Positions 45,052 through 54,674 of a DNA stretch of 64,000 bases are shown here, in pieces. The position numbers and the translations under genes were made by a program. Source of the DNA: Bacteroidales bacterium (GTDB lineage: Bacteria; Bacteroidota; Bacteroidia; Bacteroidales; UBA7960); the NCBI GenBank assembly GCA_019429365.1, contig JAHYJD010000002.1:21347-85346 (forward strand), in the 5' to 3' direction. Every line of letters starts with the position of its first letter. The stretch's first letter is position 1. The notes under the pieces were generated by a model. The model made no database searches, had not been told where the DNA came from, and worked only from the letters and a program-made list of their open reading frames with translations.

Positions 45052-45156
45052 TTTGTTCTGATTTTGATTATGTTGATTGCTGAATTTTTCCGGTCATAAA
45101 AATAGCAATATTCCTATGGCCTGCGCGTATTTTTTTGTTGAAAACCAGATTGCCCG

Positions 45157-45184
45157 AAATAAAAAAGGGCTTTTCTCAAAGCCC
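45157..45184 (-). terminator. Intrinsic terminator after recA
   Basis: Stem GGGCTTT/AAAGCCC (45167-73 / 45178-84), loop TCTC, followed on the minus strand by TTTTTTATTT. Confidence 0.65.
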
Positions 45185-45214
45185 CTTATTCGTATTTGAA
45201 AAAATGAAAATAGT

Positions 45215-46231
45215 TTATGCGCTTACTTTCAGCGCATCCTTAATTTTATTTTCCACTTCTTCAGAAAGTTCCGGGTTGTCAAGCAGCAATTGTTTCACCG
45301 CATCGCGGCCTTGCCCCAGCTTGGTTTCTCCGTAGCTGAACCATGATCCGGATTTTTTAATGATATTATGATCGACGGCCAGGTCGATGATCTCACCCAC
45401 CTTAGAAATGCCCAGACCAAAAATAATATCAAATTCTGCCTGACGGAACGGGGGTGCCAGCTTGTTCTTCACCACTTTTACGCGGGTGCGGTTACCCACA
45501 GCGCTGTCGCCTTCCTTGATCTGAGAAATACGTCTGATATCAAGCCGCACTGAGGCATAAAACTTCAGGGCGTTTCCCCCTGTTGTTGTTTCAGGGTTGC
45601 CAAACATAACCCCGATCTTTTCGCGAAGCTGGTTAATGAAAATACAGCAGCAACCGGTCTTATTAATGGTTCCTGTCAGTTTTCTCAAAGCCTGCGACAT
45701 AAGCCTTGCCTGAAGACCCATTTTCGAGTCGCCCATCTCGCCTTCGATCTCGCTCTTTGGCGTCAATGCGGCCACTGAGTCAATTACTATGATATCGATG
45801 GCACCGGAGCGGATCAGGTTTTCGGCAATTTCGAGTGCCTGTTCGCCATTATCGGGCTGGCTTACCAGCAGGTTTTCAATGTCCACGCCCAGTTTCTTGG
45901 CGTAGTTGCTGTCGAAAGCGTTTTCTGCATCAATGAAAGCAGCTATGCCGCCGGCTTTTTGTGCTTCGGCAATGGCATGGATAGCCAGGGTGGTTTTACC
46001 TGATGATTCCGGACCATAAATTTCAACCACACGGCCGCGTGGCAGACCGCCAGTGCCCAGTGCAATGTCGAGGGTAAGTGAGCCGGTACTAATGACTTCA
46101 ACCGGCACAACGGCCGAGTCGCCAAGTTTCATAATGGTGCCCTTGCCGTACGATTTCTCTAACTTGTCCAGCGTGAGCTGAAGGGCCTTCAGCTTTTCGG
46201 CATTCTGGGGGTTTTCCTTTTCTTTACTCAT
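45215..46231 (-). CDS. recA: Recombinase RecA
   Basis: 338 aa. Walker [10 protein letters not shown] and canonical RecA sequence throughout. Confidence 0.97.
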   Translation of the reverse strand: MSKEKENPQNAEKLKALQLTLDKLEKSYGKGTIMKLGDSAVVPVEVISTGSLTLDIALGTGGLPRGRVVEIYGPESSGKTTLAIHAIAEAQKAGGIAAFIDAENAFDSNYAKKLGVDIENLLVSQPDNGEQALEIAENLIRSGAIDIIVIDSVAALTPKSEIEGEMGDSKMGLQARLMSQALRKLTGTINKTGCCCIFINQLREKIGVMFGNPETTTGGNALKFYASVRLDIRRISQIKEGDSAVGNRTRVKVVKNKLAPPFRQAEFDIIFGLGISKVGEIIDLAVDHNIIKKSGSWFSYGETKLGQGRDAVKQLLLDNPELSEEVENKIKDALKVSA

Positions 46232-46277
46232 ACAAATGATTATATTTCAATGAATTAAATCAAACTTTCCTGCAGTT

Positions 46278-46285
46278 CAAATATA
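46278..46285 (-). promoter_or_regulatory. Candidate -7 box TATATTTG for recA
   Basis: The minus-strand sequence TATATTTG matches TAnnTTTG, 47 nt upstream of the recA ATG. Confidence 0.3.
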
Positions 46286-46942
46286 TCAATTTTTTTCCTT
46301 ACTGGAAAATTTATTCGATTTGAACGAACTCAAATGAACCAGCTTTTTTGTCTCGAAAAAGGGCTCCTCGAACCAATGGCTTAGCTCAAACACCTTGACA
46401 GACATTTTCACCTGCTTTAATTCCTCCTCAAATTCGCCCCCTTTCAGATACAGAATTCCATTGGTCAGAGAGTTGCGGTTTTCGGCAGAGATTTTATCCT
46501 TTACCCATCCAACAAATACTGGCAGGGCAGTAACGGCGCGGCTAACCACATAGTCAAATTTACCCGGCAGGTCTTCTGCACGGGAATGGAGGGCTTTTAC
46601 ATTTTTCAGGTCAATCGCATTAGCAACCTCATTTACCACCCTGATCTTTTTCCCAATGGAGTCAACCAGCAGGAATTCCGTTTCCGGGAAAAGAATAGCC
46701 AGCGGGATACCCGGAAATCCGCCACCGGTACCCACATCAAGCACCCTGGTGCCAGCCTTGAATTGAATGGCCCGGGCAATTCCAAGTGAATGCAGCACAT
46801 GATGCACGCTAAAATTCTCCATGTCCTTGCGGGAAATTACATTGATACGCTGGTTCCACTCTAGATACAAAGGAAGTAAAGCATCAAAACGCTCGTATTG
46901 AGCAGGTTGCAATTCCGGAAAATACTTTTTTATTTCTACCAT
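46286..46942 (-). CDS. rsmG: 16S rRNA (guanine527-N7)-methyltransferase RsmG
   Basis: 218 aa. SAM-binding VLDVGTGGGFPGIPLAI motif and GidB-like layout. Confidence 0.9.
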   Translation of the reverse strand: MVEIKKYFPELQPAQYERFDALLPLYLEWNQRINVISRKDMENFSVHHVLHSLGIARAIQFKAGTRVLDVGTGGGFPGIPLAILFPETEFLLVDSIGKKIRVVNEVANAIDLKNVKALHSRAEDLPGKFDYVVSRAVTALPVFVGWVKDKISAENRNSLTNGILYLKGGEFEEELKQVKMSVKVFELSHWFEEPFFETKKLVHLSSFKSNKFSSKEKN

Positions 46943-47096
46943 AGGTTGGCTTTAGGGCAGATCAACACCCGGCAAATATCCTGAACACAAAGCTAATGAA
47001 AGCTTCCAAGCCTTTCGCAACAAAAAATAATTATTTCTTTGAAACGTTTGCTTGAAGAATGCCGTATCATTACAAAACAATAAACTATAATACTCT

Positions 47097-48092
47097 ATGC
47101 GATATTCAATTAAAGCCTTTCTTAAAAGACTTTTTGTGTTTACCGTATTGTTTTGCCTGATACTGCCCGGCTATGCTGATGGCCAGCGCAGAATTACCCG
47201 CGAAGAATACATTGAAACCTACCGCGATATAGCCATTGAAGAAATGCGCACCAACGGCATTCCTGCCAGCATAAAGCTTGCCCAGGGCATTCTTGAATCT
47301 GGTTTTGGCAATAGCGAACTGGCCACCAGGGCCAACAATCATTTTGGCATTAAATGCAATGGATGGACTGGCCGTTCGGTATTGCAGGATGATGATGCCA
47401 AGAATGAATGTTTCCGCGCTTATAACGACCCCGTTGAATCCTGGCGTGATCACTCCCAGTTTCTGTTAACCCGACCTTGGTACGCCCCCCTTTTCAAGCT
47501 CGACCCCACCGATTATAAAGCCTGGGCACATGGATTGCGCCGCGCAGGCTATGCCACCAATCCGCGGTATGCCCAATTGCTTATCAGGGTTATTGAGGAA
47601 AACAACCTTTCCCAATACGACAAAATGGCCATGAATATGCTGGCCGAGCTGCCTGCATCTCCTAACCTTCGCAATGCCAGCAGCCGCCCCGCAAGGCCGG
47701 CACGCACACAAACGGTTGAGGATTTTGCGCCGGTATCCTTCGAGGCCGTCAGAACCGTACAGACCAACAACCGCGTAAAATATATTTTAGCCCGCCAGGG
47801 CGACACCCCCGAACGCATTGCCGAAGAAATGAGCATGCGTGCCTGGCAAATAGAGCGATACAATGAGCTGGAAAACGGGCGTACCATCAAGCCCGGGCAG
47901 ATTGTTTACTTGCAACCCAAGCGCAAACAGGCTGTAAAGGCTGTGCATGTTGCCCAGCCGGGCGAAACCATGTATGATATTTCGCAACAACATGGCATCA
48001 GACTCGACCAACTACTCAGCCGCAACAATATGCAAGAGTGGCAGCAGCCCCAACCCGGACAGAAGATTTTGTTAAAGGGCAGGGCAAGGTAA
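47097..48092 (+). CDS. Secreted glucosaminidase-domain peptidoglycan hydrolase with two LysM domains
   Basis: 331 aa. Signal peptide, glucosaminidase region (AQGILESGFGNSELATRANNHFGIK), two C-terminal LysM-like repeats. Confidence 0.8.
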   Translation: MRYSIKAFLKRLFVFTVLFCLILPGYADGQRRITREEYIETYRDIAIEEMRTNGIPASIKLAQGILESGFGNSELATRANNHFGIKCNGWTGRSVLQDDDAKNECFRAYNDPVESWRDHSQFLLTRPWYAPLFKLDPTDYKAWAHGLRRAGYATNPRYAQLLIRVIEENNLSQYDKMAMNMLAELPASPNLRNASSRPARPARTQTVEDFAPVSFEAVRTVQTNNRVKYILARQGDTPERIAEEMSMRAWQIERYNELENGRTIKPGQIVYLQPKRKQAVKAVHVAQPGETMYDISQQHGIRLDQLLSRNNMQEWQQPQPGQKILLKGRAR

Positions 48093-48147
48093 CTAACGGA
48101 ATCGCCCGTCTATTTTTTTGCACTTACCAGACTAATCTAAGGCTGCA

Positions 48148-48435
48148 ATGCTCGAAATCCTTTTCTTAATGGCCTTTGGAATTCTGATCGGGTTTTTCCT
48201 TCGCGGGAAGAAAAGAGCCGTGTTCTGGGTTGAAAAGGCCATTCTCTGGAGCATTTTCCTGCTGCTTTTTTTTCTGGGGCTTTCCATTGGTGGCGATGAG
48301 CTCATTATGGCAAGCCTGCCCTCGCTGGGGCTCAATGCATTTCTGATTACCCTGGGCGGGGTGTCGGGCAGCGTGCTTGCTGCCTGGGCCACCTGGAAGT
48401 TTCTGTTTAACAGGAAAAAAAGGAGCACCCAATGA
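48148..48435 (+). CDS. LysO/DUF340-family membrane protein, small N-terminal piece
   Basis: 95 aa, 3 TM segments. ATGA overlap with the next gene. Together the two ORFs total 296 aa, about the length of one LysO/YbjE-type protein as I recall it. Confidence 0.6.
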   Translation: MLEILFLMAFGILIGFFLRGKKRAVFWVEKAILWSIFLLLFFLGLSIGGDELIMASLPSLGLNAFLITLGGVSGSVLAAWATWKFLFNRKKRSTQ

Positions 48436-49037
48436 AAACAAGCCTGATCATACTGCTGTTTTTTGCCGCCGGGGTGCTGGCCGGAACGCTTGATTTTTTA
48501 CCAGCTGCCCTTAACGGGAAGGATATGAGCACCTTGGCCTTGTACCTGCTTATGTTTTTGGTGGGCATCAGCATTGGTGCCGATGACCGCGCCCTGGAAG
48601 CGCTCAAATCGCACGGACTGAAACTGTTCCTGGTGCCCCTTGCCACCATTATCGGCACCTTTGCCGGGGTGGCAGCCATTCACCTGGCCACCACCAATCT
48701 TCTTTTCGGCGAAAGCATGGCCGTGGGTGCCGGCTTCGGCTATTACAGCCTTTCGAGCATTATCATTGGCGAGTTGCACAGCGAAGCCCTGGGCGTTACC
48801 GCCCTGCTGGCTAACGTAATGCGCGAGATTATCACCCTGTTGCTTGCACCTTTTTTTGTGCTCTGGTTTGGAAAACTCTCACCCATTTCGGCAGGCGGCG
48901 CCACCAGTATGGACACCACCCTGCCCATAATCACCCGCGCATCAGGAAACGAATTTGCCATAGTGTCATTGTTTCATGGCATGGTCCTAACCATATTGGT
49001 GCCTTTGCTGGTAACGTTTATAATTTCAATGATTTAA
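48432..49037 (+). CDS. LysO/DUF340-family membrane protein, large piece
   Basis: 201 aa, polytopic. Family call from memory of DUF340 sequences (GFGYYSLSS...TSMDTTLP). Confidence 0.6.
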   Translation: MKTSLIILLFFAAGVLAGTLDFLPAALNGKDMSTLALYLLMFLVGISIGADDRALEALKSHGLKLFLVPLATIIGTFAGVAAIHLATTNLLFGESMAVGAGFGYYSLSSIIIGELHSEALGVTALLANVMREIITLLLAPFFVLWFGKLSPISAGGATSMDTTLPIITRASGNEFAIVSLFHGMVLTILVPLLVTFIISMI

Positions 49038-49047
49038 ACAAATAATG

Positions 49048-49146
49048 TTACGCCCTTACAGGGCTTGCAATATTGTGGCGTGTTAAAATCACAGGGTTTC
49101 GCTTCGCTTCACTCTGTGCTTTTACGTTACGGGGCTATGCCCCTGG
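49048..49146. repeat. Solo unit (long-loop type) of the structured repeat family, copy C
   Basis: CGCCCTTACAGGGCTTGCAA...CACAGGGTTTCGCTTCGCTTCACTCTGTGCTTTTACGTTACGGGGCTATGCCCC matches the reverse complement of the right-hand units of A1, A2 and B. Confidence 0.8.
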
Positions 49147-49311
49147 TTTTTTTGAATTGAACATCAAAATACATCGGTCTTTGCCGGCTGACATTGCCCC
49201 GAGGGGTGCAATTGCTTTACCACATTTTTTTAGAAATATCAAAAAAAATTTACTTTTTATTTTTTTTTATTTACTTTATTATTAGAAAATTAAATGATTT
49301 TTTACGATTTA

Positions 49312-49343
49312 TTTGCAGAATTTTGTAGTATTTAATATGTTTG
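49312..49343 (+). promoter_or_regulatory. Candidate Bacteroidetes promoter: TTTG (-33) - N20 - TATGTTTG (-7)
   Basis: TTTG at 49312-15 and TATGTTTG at 49336-43 fit the -33 TTTG / -7 TAnnTTTG consensus and spacing. ATG 49371 lies 28 nt downstream. Confidence 0.4.
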
Positions 49344-49385
49344 CAATATTCATTTTTATTTATTAATAATATGATGCCTTTGCTT

Positions 49386-49406
49386 ACACACACACACACA
49401 CACACA
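49386..49406. repeat. Dinucleotide microsatellite (AC)10A
   Basis: ACACACACACACACACACACA read directly. It starts 15 nt after ATG 49371. Confidence 0.95.
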
Positions 49407-49647
49407 GCGGGCATGGTGCAGCAAATCATTTATGCTTGCTGGTTTTTATTTTTTGGCAAAGTGTTAAGTTTGCTTTCACTCCATTTATTATTTTCCTTAT
49501 TAGTTCTCGTTGTCTATTTTTTTGGTTTGGTAAGAACAAGTTCGTTTAATTATGGCCATTAAACCCAATTTGTGGGATTAATGGCGTTTTTTCTATTCTT
49601 ACTATCAATTGTTAATTCAATTTTTTATTAACGCAAAACTAATAAAT

Positions 49648-50634
49648 ATGAAAACAAAAACTATGCTACTGCTGTTTTGCTTCGCTTTTTTGGGGGGCTG
49701 TTCAAAAAGAGATTTTGAGAGATCAATTGAACCATCAACTATTGTTGATAATAAATTCTCTGCTGAATTGAAGAATGTCGGCGTTAGGCAAGGTGTATTG
49801 TCTTTTAATGATATTAAGGAGTTTCGGGCTTTTTACAATTTCATCCTTGATTATCAAATGAATGTTGATTTTTTGTTAAAGTTTATAAGGGAAAACTTTG
49901 ATTTTGTTTCTGCAAGAGAGGTCTTTGAGGGTCAAATTAACAACATTGAACATCCAACGGAGTTCCTAAAAGCAGCTGAATCAAATCCTAATGTTTTTGA
50001 GAAAATTAACATAGGTGGTGAATTTTACTATGATTTGGCCTTTTCCAATGTTTCTTCATACTTCTTTAACAGAGAAGGTAAAGTCATAATTGGAGACACT
50101 TTGATTGTGGCTAGAAAAGAAGGCACATATCTTTTTGAGATTGGACGTGATCCAGAAATAGGTAACCTTGAATCGGATTCCAATGATTTTCGTTTTATAC
50201 CCAAAGAATTTGAGACATTTGGCCCCAAAAACCATTTCAGCTACAAGACAGCCTACTTTTCAAATTCTAGACGGATTGTTGCCAGATTATATTTGCACGA
50301 AATTTACTATCCAGGTATAGGGATCATGTATGAATATGATGCAAGGACTACCGGGCAAAGAAGGTATTTAGGAGCCTGGATTCAAAACAGGATCGATTTA
50401 ATAGGTTTCAAGCATGAGTATGGCTCTATTACCTATCAATCTTCAATAAGTCAATTCGTTAACCCTGCCGATTTTTTCCTTTTTGGCCGTGCAGATATTT
50501 CTCAAACCTTAGCTTATGGGTCATATATTGATCCCATTGTTCACGCTCAAAGTACGCTAATGCTAACCCATTATGGAACTTGGGACTCGGAATATGGTTA
50601 CCGAGAAATAACGGAAAACGAGCTTTTCAGATGA
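49648..50634 (+). CDS. Hypothetical lipoprotein (island gene 1)
   Basis: ATG 49648 gives MKTKTMLLLFCFAFLGGCSK (lipobox). 328 aa with no recognisable domain. AT-rich. Confidence 0.6.
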   Translation: MKTKTMLLLFCFAFLGGCSKRDFERSIEPSTIVDNKFSAELKNVGVRQGVLSFNDIKEFRAFYNFILDYQMNVDFLLKFIRENFDFVSAREVFEGQINNIEHPTEFLKAAESNPNVFEKINIGGEFYYDLAFSNVSSYFFNREGKVIIGDTLIVARKEGTYLFEIGRDPEIGNLESDSNDFRFIPKEFETFGPKNHFSYKTAYFSNSRRIVARLYLHEIYYPGIGIMYEYDARTTGQRRYLGAWIQNRIDLIGFKHEYGSITYQSSISQFVNPADFFLFGRADISQTLAYGSYIDPIVHAQSTLMLTHYGTWDSEYGYREITENELFR

Positions 50635-50654
50635 TAAATTAAAAATTTGTTTTT

Positions 50655-51251
50655 ATGGGCAGAGGTATAAATTTCAGGTTTTATTTAAAATTGATTTTTT
50701 TTTCAATTCTTTTCCAATTTTGGATAATTCCTGATGCAATTCCACAAGGAGGTTCAACTCCTTTGTTGGAGAGGCAGAATTTTTTGGGCTTTCAGCTAAA
50801 CCCTTTTTTTAACGATGTTTTTTTTGATGAACTCACCGCAGGAAATTTTCAACGTTCCTTATGGGTTTTCTCTGTTCATTACGGACGGGAGTCGGTTTTT
50901 TTTCCAAACCTGACCATTGGAGGTGAGTTTCATCAACATAGAACCTTTCGGGCAGATCCGGGCTATTCGTTTTTTACCCTGGGTCCATTCGCACGCTATT
51001 CTCATAGGGTTTTTACCTGGGCTGGTGTGTTTGCCGAAGCATCCCCCATGGTTAGCTATTCAGTTTCAAAAATTCCTAACCTCGGAATTGAAAACAAGGA
51101 TTTTGAGTTCATCTATTATTTTGCGCCTGGTATTTCATTAGGTCAGCACCAAAAGCGTTTTAGTGTTGACTTGTTTTGGAAGTTTTCAGGGAAAGTGCTT
51201 ATTGATGGAAATAAAAATGTTTTTAGCTTTAAACTTAATTACCATTTTTAA
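50655..51251 (+). CDS. Hypothetical small outer-membrane beta-barrel-like protein (island gene 2)
   Basis: 198 aa. N-terminal hydrophobic leader, alternating aromatic/hydrophobic pattern, ends in ...FKLNYHF (C-terminal Phe typical of OM barrels). Confidence 0.5.
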   Translation: MGRGINFRFYLKLIFFSILFQFWIIPDAIPQGGSTPLLERQNFLGFQLNPFFNDVFFDELTAGNFQRSLWVFSVHYGRESVFFPNLTIGGEFHQHRTFRADPGYSFFTLGPFARYSHRVFTWAGVFAEASPMVSYSVSKIPNLGIENKDFEFIYYFAPGISLGQHQKRFSVDLFWKFSGKVLIDGNKNVFSFKLNYHF

Positions 51252-53594
51252 GTGAGAATTAAATTTATCAACCATCATTGGCTAATCCTGTTTCTTATAC
51301 TTAACCCCACCTTGACTTTGGCTCAGGGTGGGGTTACAGTCCAGGGCTATGTCCGTGATTCTTTGAGCCGTGAAACTTTACCCGGCGTGCATGTTCTGTC
51401 AATAGAAACCCAAACTGGAACCATAACCAATAATTATGGGTTTTATTCTATCACTTTACCTCCTGAAAGTACTCAGCTAGTTTTTTCTTACGTGGGTTAT
51501 GGAACAAAGCATCTTTATTTATATATGTCAAAAAACCTTCGCCTCGATGTAGACTTGCAACCCAAGGTTGATTTGGAGATTGTGACAGTTAGTGCTGAAA
51601 GGCCACAGTTTGAAACACCGGCTTTAGGGGCAATTCGTCTGCCTATTATTCAGGCAAAGGCTGTGCCCGCAGTTTTTGGTGAAAAAGATGTAATGAAAGC
51701 ATTGCAACTATTGCCAGGCGTGCAAGGTGGCAATGAAGGAACCAGCGGATTGTTTGTAAGGGGCGGTGGTCATGATCAAAATCTGATCATCCTTGACGAT
51801 GCCATTGTTTATAATGTCAATCACCTTTTTGGTTTTTTTTCCCTTTTTAATGGAAATGCAATAAAAGATGTTGGGCTTTATAAGGGCGGCTTCCCTGCCA
51901 GGTATGGTGGCAGGCTCTCTTCGATAGTGGATATAACCATGCGCGAAGGCAATATGAATAAATATGAAGGTGAGGCGGGTATAGGGCTGATTTCGTCAAG
52001 ATTTTCATTTGAAGGTCCAATTGTTAAAGAGAAAGCCTCTTTTTTGCTCTCTGGCAGGCGTACCTATCTTGACCGACTTATTACTCCTTTTATGCCTGAT
52101 GAAGAAAAAATTGGCTATTTCTTTTACGACCTGAATGCCAAAATGAATTATGTATTAAATGAAAATAACCGTTTCTTTTTAAGTGGTTTTTTCGGAAAGG
52201 ATAAGCTCTCCACTTCATATATTGAACCTTATGAAAAAACCGTTGGAGGGTTAAACTGGCACAATGCTTTGCTGAGCGCCAGGTTAAGCAGCATTCTTCC
52301 CAAGGGATTATTTGTAAATAACACCTTGGTTTTTAGTCAATACCGCACTGGTTACCTGTTGCGGCAAATAGACATTCCTTCTTCTCAAGAGTATTATTTT
52401 AATTACCAAACCGGCATAAGAGACTATTCTCTTAAATCTGATTTCTTTTTTAACCCCTGGCCTTTTCATACCTTCAGGTTTGGAGGTGTTGCCATTGCAC
52501 ATGAATTTCAACCCAGGTTGTTTGAAATAAGAAATGAGCTTGTTGGACAGTACCGAGGTGAGGAAGAAAAACAATGGTCAGTTGAGTCGGCCTTATATGC
52601 TGAAAACGAATTTACCCGAAATCAATGGATGTATAATATTGGTTTCAGACTTTCTTTTTACAATACCCTTAAGCAAAGCCGGTTTAAGCCCGAACCACGA
52701 ATTACCATCGGATATCTTTATTCTCCGCTTGGTTCAGTAAAGGCTTCATACTCAGAAATGAATCAGCATATTCATTTGTTAAGCAATACGGGTGGTTCGC
52801 TTCCAACTGACATTTGGTTACCTGCTGGCCCAAGCCTGCTTTCGCAAAGCAGCAAACAATTTTCGTTAGGATGGAACAGGAGGCTTGAAAGGTTTGATGC
52901 TGAATTAACGTTGGAAGGATATTTTAAACAGTCTGATAATATTCTTACCTATAGAGATGGTGCCCACTTCTTTTTTATAGATGATCAAAATCCATCGGCC
53001 GATATCAACTGGGAAGACAACGTGTCCCAGGGCATTTCAGAGGCTTTTGGAATAGAGTTCTTAATTCACAAAAAGAAGGGTAAATTAAATGGATGGTTTG
53101 CGTATACCTGGTCGGAAGCCTTTTTTAGCTTCAACGAAATCAATAATGGGGAAAACTACCCCGCCAATTTTGACCGCAGGCATAATCTGTCACTAACCCT
53201 CTCTTACAGCTTTTCTTCTGCATTTCAGGTTTCTACTTCCTGGGTTTTTATGAGTGGCCACCCCATTACCTTGCCATTACATACTTCTCAAACTTTTCGG
53301 CCCATTGGCTTCCTCGGAGATCAAGGAATGGAGCCTGGTTTTATTGTTGACTATTATACGCAAAGAAACAACTACCTGACTGAAAACTATCACCGATTGG
53401 ATTTAAGTTTCAGGTTTATTAAAAATAAACGCTTTGGAGACAGGGTATGGGAAGTGGGTGTCTATAATGCTTATAATAGAATGAACCCTTTTTCATATAA
53501 TCTGATTACTGACCGCAATACTGGTCAAAGAAAACTCAGAAAAACTACCTTATTCCCTTTGATACCTTCCGTGACATACTTATTTAAGTTTTAA
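51252..53594 (+). CDS. TonB-dependent receptor with N-terminal CarboxypepD_reg-like domain (island gene 3)
   Basis: 780 aa, GTG start abutting the previous stop. Signal peptide, CarbopepD_reg-like segment (VQGYVRDSLSRETLPGVHV), plug (DVMKALQLLPGVQGGNEGTSGLFVRGG), C-terminal ...VTYLFKF. Confidence 0.85.
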   Translation: MRIKFINHHWLILFLILNPTLTLAQGGVTVQGYVRDSLSRETLPGVHVLSIETQTGTITNNYGFYSITLPPESTQLVFSYVGYGTKHLYLYMSKNLRLDVDLQPKVDLEIVTVSAERPQFETPALGAIRLPIIQAKAVPAVFGEKDVMKALQLLPGVQGGNEGTSGLFVRGGGHDQNLIILDDAIVYNVNHLFGFFSLFNGNAIKDVGLYKGGFPARYGGRLSSIVDITMREGNMNKYEGEAGIGLISSRFSFEGPIVKEKASFLLSGRRTYLDRLITPFMPDEEKIGYFFYDLNAKMNYVLNENNRFFLSGFFGKDKLSTSYIEPYEKTVGGLNWHNALLSARLSSILPKGLFVNNTLVFSQYRTGYLLRQIDIPSSQEYYFNYQTGIRDYSLKSDFFFNPWPFHTFRFGGVAIAHEFQPRLFEIRNELVGQYRGEEEKQWSVESALYAENEFTRNQWMYNIGFRLSFYNTLKQSRFKPEPRITIGYLYSPLGSVKASYSEMNQHIHLLSNTGGSLPTDIWLPAGPSLLSQSSKQFSLGWNRRLERFDAELTLEGYFKQSDNILTYRDGAHFFFIDDQNPSADINWEDNVSQGISEAFGIEFLIHKKKGKLNGWFAYTWSEAFFSFNEINNGENYPANFDRRHNLSLTLSYSFSSAFQVSTSWVFMSGHPITLPLHTSQTFRPIGFLGDQGMEPGFIVDYYTQRNNYLTENYHRLDLSFRFIKNKRFGDRVWEVGVYNAYNRMNPFSYNLITDRNTGQRKLRKTTLFPLIPSVTYLFKF

Positions 53595-53600
53595 ATTGAA

Positions 53601-54503
53601 ATGGCGAAAAGAAAGAATTTTGTTTCTCTCATTCTTTTGGTTTGTACCCTGGGTTTTTTAAGCTCAGCTTGCTCTGGATTGATTGAAGACATTGATCTTT
53701 CTTTTGCTGAGCCTCCGATAGTGGTTCATTGTTATTTGTTTCCGGGAATGCAGGTAATCGAAATATCAGTTGAATATGCTCATAATATTGGGGGAGGTGC
53801 CATCCCCTCCAATAGGATACCGGTTGAAGATGCCCTTGTAAAATTGTGGTCAGAGATTCATGAACCCATTCTGATCCCTTATGATGAAACCAAAATGTTA
53901 TTTAGCTCCTCTGCAGAGGAGCTGACAATTATTGAAGGGCTAGAGTATTACCTTTTAATTGAGCATCACCAGCATCACTCCATTTCGGCAAAGGTCCGGA
54001 TTCCTGAAAGCCATAATGAGTTTTTTGTTGAAGTTAGCGAATTGGAAACAAAAACAGACTCTCGTATCTTTAGTTTTGTGGCCTGGGTTCAGGATAAACC
54101 CCAAGAAAAAAACTTTTACCAATTTTTTGGTTTTCTTGATGGCGTCAGAATTTGTGAAATTGAGCAAGGGATAGAAGAAGTGGAATTTAGTTACTCAATT
54201 TTTGATTTTAATCCTTTAACACCTGATGAAAACCGGGATGGCCTGACGATTCTCTTTACATCCCGTGAATTGGAATTCTTCAACTCTCATATATGTCATT
54301 ATAGGATTGATAGCCTTCGTTTTAGCCTGGCTTTTTTTGAAGAGAGCACTTTCTTTTACCTTAAATCCATTGAGGACTTTATGGACGCAACCGATAATCC
54401 GTTTCTTTTCCCGCAGACTCCATATTCTAACATTACGAATGGGGTTGGTATATTTGGCGCTTACAGCATGAAAGAAAAAGTTATTTATGCTGATGAATTT
54501 TAA
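53601..54503 (+). CDS. DUF4249-like lipoprotein (island gene 4)
   Basis: 300 aa. Lipobox (LSSACSG). Lies directly after a non-SusC TonB receptor, the usual partner arrangement for DUF4249 proteins in Bacteroidota. Family call from context and memory. Confidence 0.55.
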   Translation: MAKRKNFVSLILLVCTLGFLSSACSGLIEDIDLSFAEPPIVVHCYLFPGMQVIEISVEYAHNIGGGAIPSNRIPVEDALVKLWSEIHEPILIPYDETKMLFSSSAEELTIIEGLEYYLLIEHHQHHSISAKVRIPESHNEFFVEVSELETKTDSRIFSFVAWVQDKPQEKNFYQFFGFLDGVRICEIEQGIEEVEFSYSIFDFNPLTPDENRDGLTILFTSRELEFFNSHICHYRIDSLRFSLAFFEESTFFYLKSIEDFMDATDNPFLFPQTPYSNITNGVGIFGAYSMKEKVIYADEF

Positions 54504-54674
54504 GAGATTAGTTTCTTGCCTCGGAATTCCCCTTTTTTATAGCCCTAATCTTAGCTTAGTGAAAAATAGGTAATGATATTTTCGTCGGTTATTTTTAACC
54601 TCGCGCCAAAAAAGTTGGCCTGCTACATCAGTAGTGGTAAGCTTTTGTCCGCATTATAATATTAAGTAGCGCAT

